NCBI GenBank assembly: GCA_016207515.1
Contig: JACQPN010000012.1
Coordinates: 31,759 to 95,758 of the forward strand
DNA length: 64,000 bases
Reading direction: 5' to 3'
Source: Methanobacteriota archaeon
Lineage (GTDB): Archaea; Thermoplasmatota; SW-10-69-26; JACQPN01
A model generated the notes under the pieces. That model saw nothing but the letters and a program-made list of their open reading frames with translations. It was not told the DNA's origin and searched no databases. A program made the position numbers and the translations under genes. Numbering within the stretch: the stretch's first letter is position 1; the number at the start of each line of letters is the position of its first letter. Positions 55,339 through 64,000 of the stretch are shown here, piece after piece.

Positions 55339-56799
55339 ATGGATAAGGAGTGGACCGGGCCCCTCGAACGCCTCGACGATTATCGTTGGGCGATCCCGAA
55401 GACGTACAAGAAAGGGATGAGGGCGCCAGGATTGATTTACACCAACGAATCGATGGTGAAATCGATCGTGAAGGATCATGCGCCGGAACAGGTCGCGAAC
55501 GTCGCCCACCTGCCGGGGATCATCGGGCCGTCCATGGCCATGCCGGACATCCATTGGGGCTATGGTTTCCCCATCGGCGGTGTAGCGGCGTTCGATGCGG
55601 AAGAGGGCGTGGTGTCGCCCGGTGGCGTGGGGTTCGACATCAATTGCGGTGTGCGCCTCATCAGGACCAACCTTGCACGTGAGGAGATCACGCCAAAGTT
55701 GAGGGAACTCGTCGAAGTGCTATTCGTGAACGTTCCGTCCGGCGTAGGCAGCAAGGCCAAGGTGAGATTGACCCCGCAGGAGTTGCACGACGTTTTGAAG
55801 GACGGAGCGCACTGGGCGGTGGAGCACGGTTATGGTTGGGACGCCGACCTCGCCCACACCGAACACGAAGGGCGCCTCACGAGCGCGCGCCCCGAATGGG
55901 TCTCCGAGCGGGCCCGGGAACGCGGAAAAGTGCAGGTCGGGTCCTTGGGCGCCGGGAACCATTTCTGCGAGATCCAGGCCGCAGCGGACATCTTCCGCCC
56001 AGAGACCGCGAAGGCGTTCGGGATAACGAAACGCGACCAGGTCTGCATCATGATACACACGGGTAGCCGCGGTTGCGGGCACCAGATCTGCTCCGACTTC
56101 CTGGAATCCATGGAACGCGCCCAGAAGAAGTACGGGATAGAGCTCCCGGACAGGCAACTCGCGTGCGCTCCCGCGAAGAGCCGCGAGGCGGAGGAGTACT
56201 TCGGCGCCATGTGGGCGGGCCAGAACTTCGCCTGGGCGAACCGGCAGATGATCACCCATTGGGTGAGGCAAAGCTTCGAGAAGGTGCTCGGGAACAGCCC
56301 GGAGTCAATGGACATGCAGATCGTCTACGACGTCGCGCATAACGTCGCGAAGCGGGAGTTCCACGAGGTCGACGGCAAGAGACGGGAACTCATCGTACAT
56401 CGCAAGGGCGCCACGCGCGCTTTCCCAGCAGGTAACCCCGACATCCCGTCCGATTATCGTGACGCGGGGCAACCGGTCCTGATCCCCGGCGACATGGGGA
56501 CAGAATCGTACCTCTTGGTCGGCACCGAGAGGGCGATGAAGGAGACGTGGGGCTCCACGTGCCACGGCGCAGGGCGTAACCTCAGTAGGGCCGCGGCGAC
56601 ACGAAACTTCCGAGGCCAGGCGGTCATCCGCGACCTTGAAAAACGGGGGATAATCGTGAAACCAGCATCCTTCGAGGTCGCGGCCGAGGAGGCGCCGGGC
56701 GCTTACAAGGCCGTGCGAGAGGTCGTCGACGTCTGCGAAGGCGCAGGCATCTCGCAAAAGGTCGTAAGGCTCGTGCCGATGGGCTGTGTCAAGGGCTGA
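55339..56799 (+). CDS. rtcB: tRNA-splicing / RNA repair ligase RtcB
   Basis: MPDIHWGYGFPIGGV, GFDINCGVR, GSLGAGNHF, HTGSRG, HRKGATRA, STCHGAGR. Confidence 0.98.
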   Translation: MDKEWTGPLERLDDYRWAIPKTYKKGMRAPGLIYTNESMVKSIVKDHAPEQVANVAHLPGIIGPSMAMPDIHWGYGFPIGGVAAFDAEEGVVSPGGVGFDINCGVRLIRTNLAREEITPKLRELVEVLFVNVPSGVGSKAKVRLTPQELHDVLKDGAHWAVEHGYGWDADLAHTEHEGRLTSARPEWVSERARERGKVQVGSLGAGNHFCEIQAAADIFRPETAKAFGITKRDQVCIMIHTGSRGCGHQICSDFLESMERAQKKYGIELPDRQLACAPAKSREAEEYFGAMWAGQNFAWANRQMITHWVRQSFEKVLGNSPESMDMQIVYDVAHNVAKREFHEVDGKRRELIVHRKGATRAFPAGNPDIPSDYRDAGQPVLIPGDMGTESYLLVGTERAMKETWGSTCHGAGRNLSRAAATRNFRGQAVIRDLEKRGIIVKPASFEVAAEEAPGAYKAVREVVDVCEGAGISQKVVRLVPMGCVKG

Positions 56800-56896
56800 A
56801 TCAGGAGGGTGGCTCGGCCGTCGCTGTCGATGACACGGACGCCACCAAGAGGGCCGGACCGGAAACGTATTCTAACGTGCTCCCGATTCCGGCGGC

Positions 56897-57625
56897 GTGG
56901 ATACGGCGCTACTCTTCGACCTCGCGCGCTTCATTGCGGGTGTCTTGGTCCTCAGCTATGCCTCCGTCACGGATTGGTTCTGGCGTAGAGCCCCGAACTA
57001 CCTATGGTTCGGGCTCGGGGGTTTCGGCCTGGTGCTTCTAGGCGTCCAATACTTCGTCGGCGCCGTTGCGTTGGACGCGTACCTCTACCTGGGGGCCGCT
57101 GCGGTCTTCGCCCTCGCGGCGTACGTCTTCCACCGGTTGGGCCTCATCGCCGGCGGGGCGGATGCGAAGGCATTGATGGCGCTCGCCGCATTGGCCCCGC
57201 TTCCCATTCATTTGGAGGCCCTCCCGGCCTATCCGGGTATCGTCCCGACACCGTTCTCCATCCTTGGTAACGCGCTTCTTGGCATCCTCATCGTCCCGCT
57301 TGGGCTAGTCCTCGTGAACGTTGCCCGCGGCGATTTCCAGTTCCCCGCCATGTTGATAGGTTACAAGATGCGGCCGGAGAACGTCGTGGACAGTCCCGTA
57401 TGGTTGATGGACCGGCTCGAAGAAGGCCGGATGAAGCGACGCTACATGCTTCCGCACGATGACGCGGAGGAGCAGGTGCCGCTTTTCTTGGAGAAAGGCA
57501 TCGATCAAGTCTGGGTGACGCCAAAGGTCCCTTTCATGATCCCGCTGCTTCTCGGGTTCGTCCTCGCGTTCACCGCGGGTGACGTCGTCTTCAGCCCGAT
57601 TGTTTCCCTGATCCTTCAGCGCTAG
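56897..57625 (+). CDS. A24 prepilin/prearchaellin peptidase (PibD/FlaK-like)
   Basis: ASVTD, GGADAKAL, C-terminal VWVTPKVPFMIPL. Confidence 0.9.
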   Translation: MDTALLFDLARFIAGVLVLSYASVTDWFWRRAPNYLWFGLGGFGLVLLGVQYFVGAVALDAYLYLGAAAVFALAAYVFHRLGLIAGGADAKALMALAALAPLPIHLEALPAYPGIVPTPFSILGNALLGILIVPLGLVLVNVARGDFQFPAMLIGYKMRPENVVDSPVWLMDRLEEGRMKRRYMLPHDDAEEQVPLFLEKGIDQVWVTPKVPFMIPLLLGFVLAFTAGDVVFSPIVSLILQR

Positions 57626-58553
57626 CTTGGGTCACAGGCTTCTGTACTTTGGCAACGAGCTCGATTCGAGCGACCTTGTTCGGGGAACTCTTGCTTTTCG
57701 CCTCAAGGGCCACCTTGACGCTTTCCCCTTCCTTGGCGTCCGGCGGGGCTTTCACCATGAGCCACAGGTTCTTCTCCTCCTTGGGGCCCACTTGGATCTC
57801 CGGGAGCGCCATGAACGCGCTCCAGCCCGCAGGCACTTCGGCGACCTTGAAAACGGCCGTGTCCGCCTTGTCGGAGCGGTTCTGGAGGACCACGGGGAAA
57901 CTCGCGCCGCGCCCCGGCGCCAACTCCTTGGTCCCCTCTGCGGTCTTGAGACGCACACCCACCGGTTTCGTGGTGAGGACGAGATAGGCCGCACCGGCGA
58001 CGATGGCGAGCGCGATCACCGTGATGAGGAGGGCGTTGCCGTCGGGGGGAGGCGGCTCTGGTCCCACGGTCTCGTTGGTTCCCGAGACGTTCAGCACCGG
58101 TTTGAATGCGAGTTGCTGGTTCGAATTCGCAGTACCAATGTTGCCGCTGGCGTTCGAGCAGGAAAGGATCCCCGAAATCGTGAACGTCGGGGTCTTCGGT
58201 GCGTCGGCGGCGGAAGGGGCGAATACGGTGACGCTCCCAGCACCCGCGCCTTGCGCGTCGAGGCTTATCTGTTGGCTGGTTGGGGTTCTCGACCAGCCCG
58301 TCGCCCCTGGATCTCCGTAGGTCATCTGCACGATCCTCGTCTGAGCTGCGGGTCCCGTACCGGGTTGCGTGTTCTGGTCCGTGAGGGTGATGTTGACGAC
58401 GTAGCTCGAGCGCTGCGCCATCGATGGGCTTGCGTTGGTCCCTGGCGCAAACGCGATGTCAAGCGGTCCGCATTGGTTCGGAAGAGCGCCCGCCACGAAG
58501 GCCGACCCGGCGAGCGCCAGGACCAATGCGACAGCCTTCGTCCGTGTCCCCAT
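57591..58553 (-). CDS. Single-pass membrane protein with Ig-like domains on both sides of the TM helix
   Basis: Signal peptide, beta-rich domain, Pro linker, TM helix, then an APG..SFPV.LQN...P.GW..F...V.AP domain. Confidence 0.8.
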   Translation of the reverse strand: MGTRTKAVALVLALAGSAFVAGALPNQCGPLDIAFAPGTNASPSMAQRSSYVVNITLTDQNTQPGTGPAAQTRIVQMTYGDPGATGWSRTPTSQQISLDAQGAGAGSVTVFAPSAADAPKTPTFTISGILSCSNASGNIGTANSNQQLAFKPVLNVSGTNETVGPEPPPPDGNALLITVIALAIVAGAAYLVLTTKPVGVRLKTAEGTKELAPGRGASFPVVLQNRSDKADTAVFKVAEVPAGWSAFMALPEIQVGPKEEKNLWLMVKAPPDAKEGESVKVALEAKSKSSPNKVARIELVAKVQKPVTQASAEGSGKQSG

Positions 58554-58664
58554 GGCTTTCCGTCAATCGAAGCAAGGTACGGCTATAAAACCCTCCCATA
58601 AACGGCGTAGCGCCCCAATCGAGAGGGCTAAACGTTAAGGCCGGCCACCGCGCTCCTTCGCGCC

Positions 58665-60896
58665 GTGGCCGAAATGGGCGCATCCCTCCTTGTCCCAGGG
58701 TCGATAGAGGAGCGTCCATACCAGGTAGTCATCGCCCGGGAGTGCCTTCGGAGGAACACCCTCGTCGTGCTTCCCACCGGCCTTGGAAAGACTGTCATCG
58801 CCCTCAGGGTCATCGCGGAGCGCTTGAGGTCGGGCGACTCAAAGTGCCTGTTCCTGGCGCCCACGAAACCCCTCGTGGAGCAACACGCCCGTTTCCTCGA
58901 GTCGCGCCTCGACGGGCTCACAGTCGCCATGATGACGGGGGAGACGTCGACCAAGAAACGTGCGAAGATCTGGGAGGCATCGCGCGTCATCGTCGCAACA
59001 CCGCAAGTCGTCGAGAACGACATCCTGAGCTCACGGGCGTCCCTAAGGGACGTGGGTCTCATCGTGTTCGACGAAGCGCACAGGGCGGTGGGCGATTACG
59101 CGTACGTCTACATCGCCGAACAATACCAGCGCCAGACGATCCACGGCCTAGTGCTCGGGATGACGGCCTCCCCGGGTGCTGACCCTCAAAAGATCCGGGA
59201 ACTCTGCCACGTCCTGGACATCAAGGGCGTCGAGGTCCGCACCGAAGCGGACCCGGATATCGCGCCGCATGTGCATGGCATCGACGTGAACTGGATCGAA
59301 GTGCCTCTTCCCGAGAACCTTCGCATCATCGCGGAGCACGTGAAGCGCGCTTTCGCAAGGCCCATCGCGGAGTTACGGTCTGGTGGAGTGATCAAGACCG
59401 CCCGCCCCCCGGTCAAGGACCTGCTTCTTGCCCAAGGCCTCCTCCTCAAACGCATCAAGGACGCCGGGCCGGAAGGCGCGACGAGGGCTTACTCGCTGCT
59501 TTCGTCCCAGGCGGCCGCCCTGAAGCTATCGCACGCCATCGAACTCGTCGAGACGCAGGGCCTTCGCGCGTTCGTCTCGTACATGGAGAAGATGAACAGG
59601 GACGAATCGAAGGCGGCGAGGGCGATACTCGCCGACCCCGACGTCGTGAAGGCGGTCATCCTCGCGCAAAACGCGAAAGTCGAGCACCCGAAGCTACGCC
59701 GGGTCGCCATCATCCTCCAACGTCAATTCACCAAGAAACCCGATTCGCTCGTCATCGTCTTCACGCAGTTTCGAGAGACTGCGGAACTCCTGTTCCAGGA
59801 ATTGTCCAAAGTCGAGGGGATCCGCCCGATCCGATTCGTGGGCCAGGCGGACAAGGCCAACGACAAGGGACTGAGTCAAGCGGAGCAGAGCGCGATAATC
59901 GAGGACTTCAAGAAAGGCCGCCACAACACCCTCATCGCCACATCGGTCGCGGAAGAAGGCCTCGACATCCCGGCCACCGACCTGGTCGTATTCTACGAGC
60001 CCGTCCCCTCGGAGATCCGGAGCATCCAGCGCCGGGGAAGGACCGGCCGGGGCCGCGCCGGGACGGCGTTGATCCTCGTCACGAAAGGCACGCGCGACGA
60101 GATCTCGAGATGGAGCGGACGCAACAAGGAACGGAAGATGTCGGCCGAGGTCGAGAACCTTCGCCGGTACCTGGAGCACGTGAACGTGTCGTGGACGGCG
60201 TCGCTTGATGAACCCGTACCCGCGCCGGAGATCGCGAAGCCGGACGACGGTTCCAAAGTTTCCGTCATCGTCGACAGTCGCGAACTCGCTTCCCCGGTTG
60301 TGAAGGAACTTTCGAGACTTGGGATGGATTTGACCGTGGAACCTATAGAGGTGGGAGATTTCGTCGTGTCGGACCGCGTCGTCATCGAACGCAAAGAGGC
60401 GCATGATTTTGCCGATTCACTGCTTGATGGGCGCTTGTTCGCCCAAGCGCGCGCCCTTCGCCTGAACTACGAAGCGCCCATCATGGTAATCGAAGGCGAG
60501 GACCTCTTCACGGCGAGGAAGATCGAGCCCTCCGCGATATACGGAGCGATGGCGGCGCTTCTTTCTGGTTTCCAGATGGCGGTCATCCGGTCGAAGGATG
60601 CGAAGGAGACGGCGGCGATCGTGGCCGCGCTTGCAAACCGCGAGCAATCCGACGAGAAACGGTCGCTTTCGCTACGTTCGGAAAAGCCGGTGATGACGCC
60701 GGACGAGGAGCTCCAGTTCATCGTGGAGGGCCTTCCGGGCGTGCGATCCACCCTCGCGAAGCGCCTCCTCGCGCGTTTTCGCACCGTCGAGGCGTTGTCG
60801 AAGGCGACGATCGACGAACTCGCCGAGACGCAGGGGATAGGCGAAAAGACCGCGAAGAGGATACGCGATGCGCTGCATCGCCGGTACGGAGGGTGA
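58665..60896 (+). CDS. hef: Hef: FANCM-like SF2 helicase fused to ERCC4 nuclease
   Basis: LPTGLGKT, DEAH, TAS, QRRGRTGR, VDSRE, GDF, ERK, terminal HhH. Confidence 0.95.
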   Translation: MAEMGASLLVPGSIEERPYQVVIARECLRRNTLVVLPTGLGKTVIALRVIAERLRSGDSKCLFLAPTKPLVEQHARFLESRLDGLTVAMMTGETSTKKRAKIWEASRVIVATPQVVENDILSSRASLRDVGLIVFDEAHRAVGDYAYVYIAEQYQRQTIHGLVLGMTASPGADPQKIRELCHVLDIKGVEVRTEADPDIAPHVHGIDVNWIEVPLPENLRIIAEHVKRAFARPIAELRSGGVIKTARPPVKDLLLAQGLLLKRIKDAGPEGATRAYSLLSSQAAALKLSHAIELVETQGLRAFVSYMEKMNRDESKAARAILADPDVVKAVILAQNAKVEHPKLRRVAIILQRQFTKKPDSLVIVFTQFRETAELLFQELSKVEGIRPIRFVGQADKANDKGLSQAEQSAIIEDFKKGRHNTLIATSVAEEGLDIPATDLVVFYEPVPSEIRSIQRRGRTGRGRAGTALILVTKGTRDEISRWSGRNKERKMSAEVENLRRYLEHVNVSWTASLDEPVPAPEIAKPDDGSKVSVIVDSRELASPVVKELSRLGMDLTVEPIEVGDFVVSDRVVIERKEAHDFADSLLDGRLFAQARALRLNYEAPIMVIEGEDLFTARKIEPSAIYGAMAALLSGFQMAVIRSKDAKETAAIVAALANREQSDEKRSLSLRSEKPVMTPDEELQFIVEGLPGVRSTLAKRLLARFRTVEALSKATIDELAETQGIGEKTAKRIRDALHRRYGG

Positions 60897-60899
60897 CAC

Positions 60900-61388
60900 G
60901 TGGCCGAGCGGAACCTCACGGTACACAAGAGTCCCGGGCCCCACAATTCGCTCTGGTACTGGACGAGGATCCTCAACCCGTTCCGGGTCTCGTACAACTA
61001 CCTCCTCATGAGTGTCGCGAGGCCTTCGCCGTCGCTACGGCTCAAGAACTGGCTCTACCGGCGGATGGGCGTGAAGATCGGTCGCCACGTGTCGATGGGA
61101 CTTGAGACGACCCTCGATATCTTCTACCCGCAGATGATCGAGATCGGCGACGACTCCATCGTCGGCTTCAACACGACGATCCTATGCCACGAGTTCACGG
61201 TCGATGAATATCGGACGGGCGCCGTGAGGATAGGCAAGCGCGTAACCATCGGGGCGAACTGCACGATCTTGCCCGGCGTCACGATCCACGACGGTTCCGT
61301 CGTCTCGGCACATTCACTTGTGAATTCCGACGTTGACGGTTTCTATGGTGGAGTCCCCGCGCGGCCGCTCGAACGCCGCGTTGGTTAG
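60900..61388 (+). CDS. Hexapeptide-repeat O-acetyltransferase (YvoF-like)
   Basis: NSLW, KNWLYR, GFNTTILCHE..DEYRTG, IGANCTILPGV. Confidence 0.85.
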   Translation: MAERNLTVHKSPGPHNSLWYWTRILNPFRVSYNYLLMSVARPSPSLRLKNWLYRRMGVKIGRHVSMGLETTLDIFYPQMIEIGDDSIVGFNTTILCHEFTVDEYRTGAVRIGKRVTIGANCTILPGVTIHDGSVVSAHSLVNSDVDGFYGGVPARPLERRVG

Positions 61389-61491
61389 TCTTTCGCCGGG
61401 CCCGGAAGAACGGTTTCATCCAAGGGCCAATATTTATCAGGAAGAAGCGGACTACCCGGTAACGCCGATGCTTTCGCGAACAGGAGGTGTC

Positions 61492-61755
61492 ATGTTGAAT
61501 CCCGATGAGAAAGTGAGACAAATCACAGAATTGATAGATCAGCTCATCGAGGACACCTCGGTCCCTCGCAACATCAGGCGCGGCGCCGACACCGCGAAGA
61601 AGGTCTTGGCCAACAAGACGGAGGCGTTCGACGTCCGGGTCGCAAAGGCGGTCTCAAGCCTCGACGAATTGGCGAACGACCCCAACATCCCGCTCCACGG
61701 GCGCACGCTGATCTGGAACATCATCAGCGCGTTGGAATCGCTCACCGCAAAGTAG
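61492..61755 (+). CDS. UPF0147 family protein
   Basis: DTSVPRNIRR, LDELANDPNIPLHGRTLIWNIISALE; AGGAGG RBS. Confidence 0.93.
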   Translation: MLNPDEKVRQITELIDQLIEDTSVPRNIRRGADTAKKVLANKTEAFDVRVAKAVSSLDELANDPNIPLHGRTLIWNIISALESLTAK

Positions 61756-61801
61756 GCCGCCCGCACGCGGTTTTCCCTGGGTTCGATCCGCTTGTCCCTT
61801 G

Positions 61802-61972
61802 TCAGAGGTCGTGCGGCATCAGCGTGTTCCGGCCGTTCGCTTCGGCGCGTGTTTTCGCTTGCTCGATGGCGTCCACGAGGCGTGCCTCGAGTGCCGCGTA
61901 GAAACTCGCGCTTACGCGGAACTTGCCCGCGACGTCTTTCACTTTGCTCTGGTTCACGAGTGAGTGTGTCAT
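61802..61972 (-). CDS. Minimal histone-fold protein, 56 aa (not in the ORF track)
   Basis: Hand translation: MTHSLVNQSKVKDVAGKFRVSASFYAALEARLVDAIEQAKTRAEANGRNTLMPHDL*. Has RV-S in loop L1, RAxANGRxT in L2 and a terminal DL. TTTTAA box at ~62004-62009 on the minus strand. Confidence 0.9.
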   Translation of the reverse strand: MTHSLVNQSKVKDVAGKFRVSASFYAALEARLVDAIEQAKTRAEANGRNTLMPHDL

Positions 61973-62068
61973 TGGATCCCCCTTTCACCAACCCATAGGC
62001 ACCTTAAAAGTTTGCCGATTCAGGCCGTAGAATCGGCATATTGTCAAGACGTGGAAGAAAAGGAAACA

Positions 62069-62086
62069 GGCGGCCCGTGGGCCGCC
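62069..62086 (-). terminator. Hairpin plus pyrimidine tract downstream of radA
   Basis: GGCGGCCC/GGGCCGCC, followed on the minus strand by TGTTTCCTTTTCTTCC. Confidence 0.55.
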
Positions 62087-62100
62087 GACCATGTCTCCGG

Positions 62101-63075
62101 TCAGTCCCTTACGCCGTCTTCGCAGACGCGTACCACTGCTTCTCCCTCTGGTAGATGCGGCGAGTCGATGAGGCGCACGATCCTCTTGTCGCCTTTGCTC
62201 TTCCGCATGTAGATGCGGAAGGTCGCCGTGTGGCCGACGATGTGGCCGCCTATCGGGCGTGTCGGGTCGCCGAAGAACGCGTCTGGTTTCGCCATCACCT
62301 GGTTCGTCACGGCGATGGCGGCGTTGTGGAGGTCCCCGAAGCGCAGCAACCCATGCATGAACTTGTTGAGCTTCTGCTGCCTTTCCGCAAGCGTCCCTCT
62401 CCCGACGTATTCGGCGCGGAAGTGAGCGGTGAGCGAATCGCAGATTATGAGCCGGATCGGACGCTTCTTCGCAAGCTCCTCGGCTTTGTCAAGGAGCAGC
62501 ATCTGGTGATGGCTATTGTAGGCGCGGGCCACGTGGATCTTGTCGAGCACCTTCTTCGGGTCGAGTTCCAGAGCCTCGGCCATCTGGCTGATGCGTTCCG
62601 GCCGGAACGTGTTCTCGGTGTCGATGATGAGGCACTCACCGTCGAGGCCGCCCTCGTCCTTGGGAAGTTGCACCGTGACGGCAAGTTGGTGGCATATCTG
62701 CGTCTTGCCGCTTCCGAACTCGCCGTAGAACTCGGTTATCGATTGGGTCTCGAAGCCGCCGCCCATGAGGTCGTCGAAGGCCTTGGAGCCGCTTGTGAGT
62801 TTTCCGATGGCCTGTCGCTTCTCAAGAAGCTCCACGCCGGTCCTGAAACCGCCGACGTCCGCGGACTTCTTCGCCGCCTCGATGATCTTGGTGGCGGCCG
62901 CTTCTCCGAGTTCCGCGGCCTCCACGAGGTCGGAGGGTGATGCCACGGCTATTGCCATGAGGTCGGTGTAACCTGCGTCCCTGAGTTTGTCGGCGGTGGC
63001 CGGTCCGACGCCGGGCAAGCTCTCTATGGTAGGCTTTTCGATCGATTCCTTTGTCATGCTCGCTGTCTGTGCCAT
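62101..63075 (-). CDS. radA: DNA repair and recombination protein RadA
   Basis: LPGVGPATA Hh[42 protein letters not shown]. Confidence 0.98.
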   Translation of the reverse strand: MAQTASMTKESIEKPTIESLPGVGPATADKLRDAGYTDLMAIAVASPSDLVEAAELGEAAATKIIEAAKKSADVGGFRTGVELLEKRQAIGKLTSGSKAFDDLMGGGFETQSITEFYGEFGSGKTQICHQLAVTVQLPKDEGGLDGECLIIDTENTFRPERISQMAEALELDPKKVLDKIHVARAYNSHHQMLLLDKAEELAKKRPIRLIICDSLTAHFRAEYVGRGTLAERQQKLNKFMHGLLRFGDLHNAAIAVTNQVMAKPDAFFGDPTRPIGGHIVGHTATFRIYMRKSKGDKRIVRLIDSPHLPEGEAVVRVCEDGVRD

Positions 63076-63148
63076 ATGCTGACCGTCGCACTTCTAACTT
63101 TTCCACGGCTATTTAGAACGCCTGTGCGGGGGTCGTCGAAACTACCGT

Positions 63149-64000
63149 TCATAGGGAGCGGCTTGCCGAATCGGGTGCGGGGGCCGGTAGGAGCGGTGTG
63201 CCGATCGTCACGCTCGGCACACCAGCACCCATGGTACCGTCTCCAACTGACGGGTGGGCAGCGTCATCTATGAAAAGGACGTCCGTCGACCGTGTCGAGT
63301 TGAGCGTCAGCCTGCCGTTCCTCTGCTTGGCGTACAGGCCGTGGAGCGCCACGCGTTCACCGATCGTGAGTTTCTGCGCCACTTTCGCCGCGCCGTCCCA
63401 AAGCGTCACCGTCACGCTCTCGCCTTCGCACTCAAGGCCCACCTCGCAAACGAAGCCCGTCCCCCCTTCAGGACGAATGAAACTGCGCGGTTCGGAGAAC
63501 GCTGTGACGTGTCCTTTCAAGGAGATGCCGGTCTCGCCCGCCGAGATGGCCGACGGCCGTTTCGCGGTCGGCGTCGCGGGCTCCACGTCCACTTGCGACC
63601 AATCACCCGCGGTCAATTCAAGCGTGGTGCCCGCGAGGGTCGCCTCGGCGTTCACAATGATGAGTGTCGAACCCGGGACGACCCGCCGGCTGTCGACCAA
63701 TCCGACCTTGTCCCCGCGAATTTCGAGCTTGGCCGATCTCGTCCCATCGGTGACGTCTAGTTTCACGCTCGGCTCGGTTGACGAACGGCGCGGCTCGTAG
63801 ACCTTCTTCACGACGACGCGAGTGTCGAGCATCGTCCGGTCTGTGATGGACGCCAGCGGGGCCGAGGAGCGTTTGACGAGTCCCGCCTCTACAAGGAGGA
63901 CTTTTGCAAGGGTCGAGCGCGCGATGAGCCCGCCGGTCCGCTTTTCGAGCTCCTCGATGCGGGCGAGGGAGTTCGCCCGGGGAAAGACCGCATCCAAGGC
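63149..64000 (-). CDS. OB-fold ssDNA-binding (RPA-like) protein, 5' end outside the window
   Basis: DGT..AKL, PRSFIR..G..GFV and VTLWD OB-fold motifs; directly upstream of radA; frame stays open to the window edge. Confidence 0.8.
   Translation of the reverse strand, partial: ALDAVFPRANSLARIEELEKRTGGLIARSTLAKVLLVEAGLVKRSSAPLASITDRTMLDTRVVVKKVYEPRRSSTEPSVKLDVTDGTRSAKLEIRGDKVGLVDSRRVVPGSTLIIVNAEATLAGTTLELTAGDWSQVDVEPATPTAKRPSAISAGETGISLKGHVTAFSEPRSFIRPEGGTGFVCEVGLECEGESVTVTLWDGAAKVAQKLTIGERVALHGLYAKQRNGRLTLNSTRSTDVLFIDDAAHPSVGDGTMGAGVPSVTIGTPLLPAPAPDSASRSL

Noticed and set aside
55339..63075. Inteins in RtcB, Hef or RadA
   Set aside because: Normal lengths and contiguous motifs.
1..64000. CRISPR array, cas genes, IS/transposase, integrase, prophage, rRNA
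   Set aside because: No regularly spaced repeats and no recognisable motifs for any of these.

Overview
High-GC archaeal genomic DNA, most consistent with Thermoplasmatota (radA, RPA-like, Hef, RtcB, Rio1-Dim2/KH, PibD/FlaK-type peptidase, UPF0147, DUF6015-like). The right half (33-64 kb) is mostly housekeeping genes. It includes a 56-aa histone-fold gene (61802-61972, minus) that the ORF track missed. The left half holds a ~28 kb cluster of giant secreted proteins (5158-33037). Main signal: a two-gene divergent cassette present twice (12697-19602 and 45485-52173). Each copy pairs a secreted beta-helix protein with a ~1900-aa glycoprotein that is very rich in N-glycosylation sequons and built around a catalytically dead subtilase-like domain. 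Associated with it are a non-coding relic copy of that domain with a 62-bp perfect match, a gene-conversion-like patch, a (CG)7 tract in one promoter, and a G/T shift at the 3' end of both copies. Two other giant proteins (2255 aa and ~3958 aa) share a C-terminal Ig-like module with no membrane anchor, and a third orphan copy of the module lies next to one of them. A cytoplasmic protein built from 9-aa beta-hairpin repeats resembles the CPAP/SAS-4 TCP domain. Several candidate structured RNAs or operators lie in intergenic gaps. I saw no CRISPR array, tRNA, rRNA, transposase, integrase or reverse transcriptase. All family calls come from motif recognition by eye; no database searches were run.
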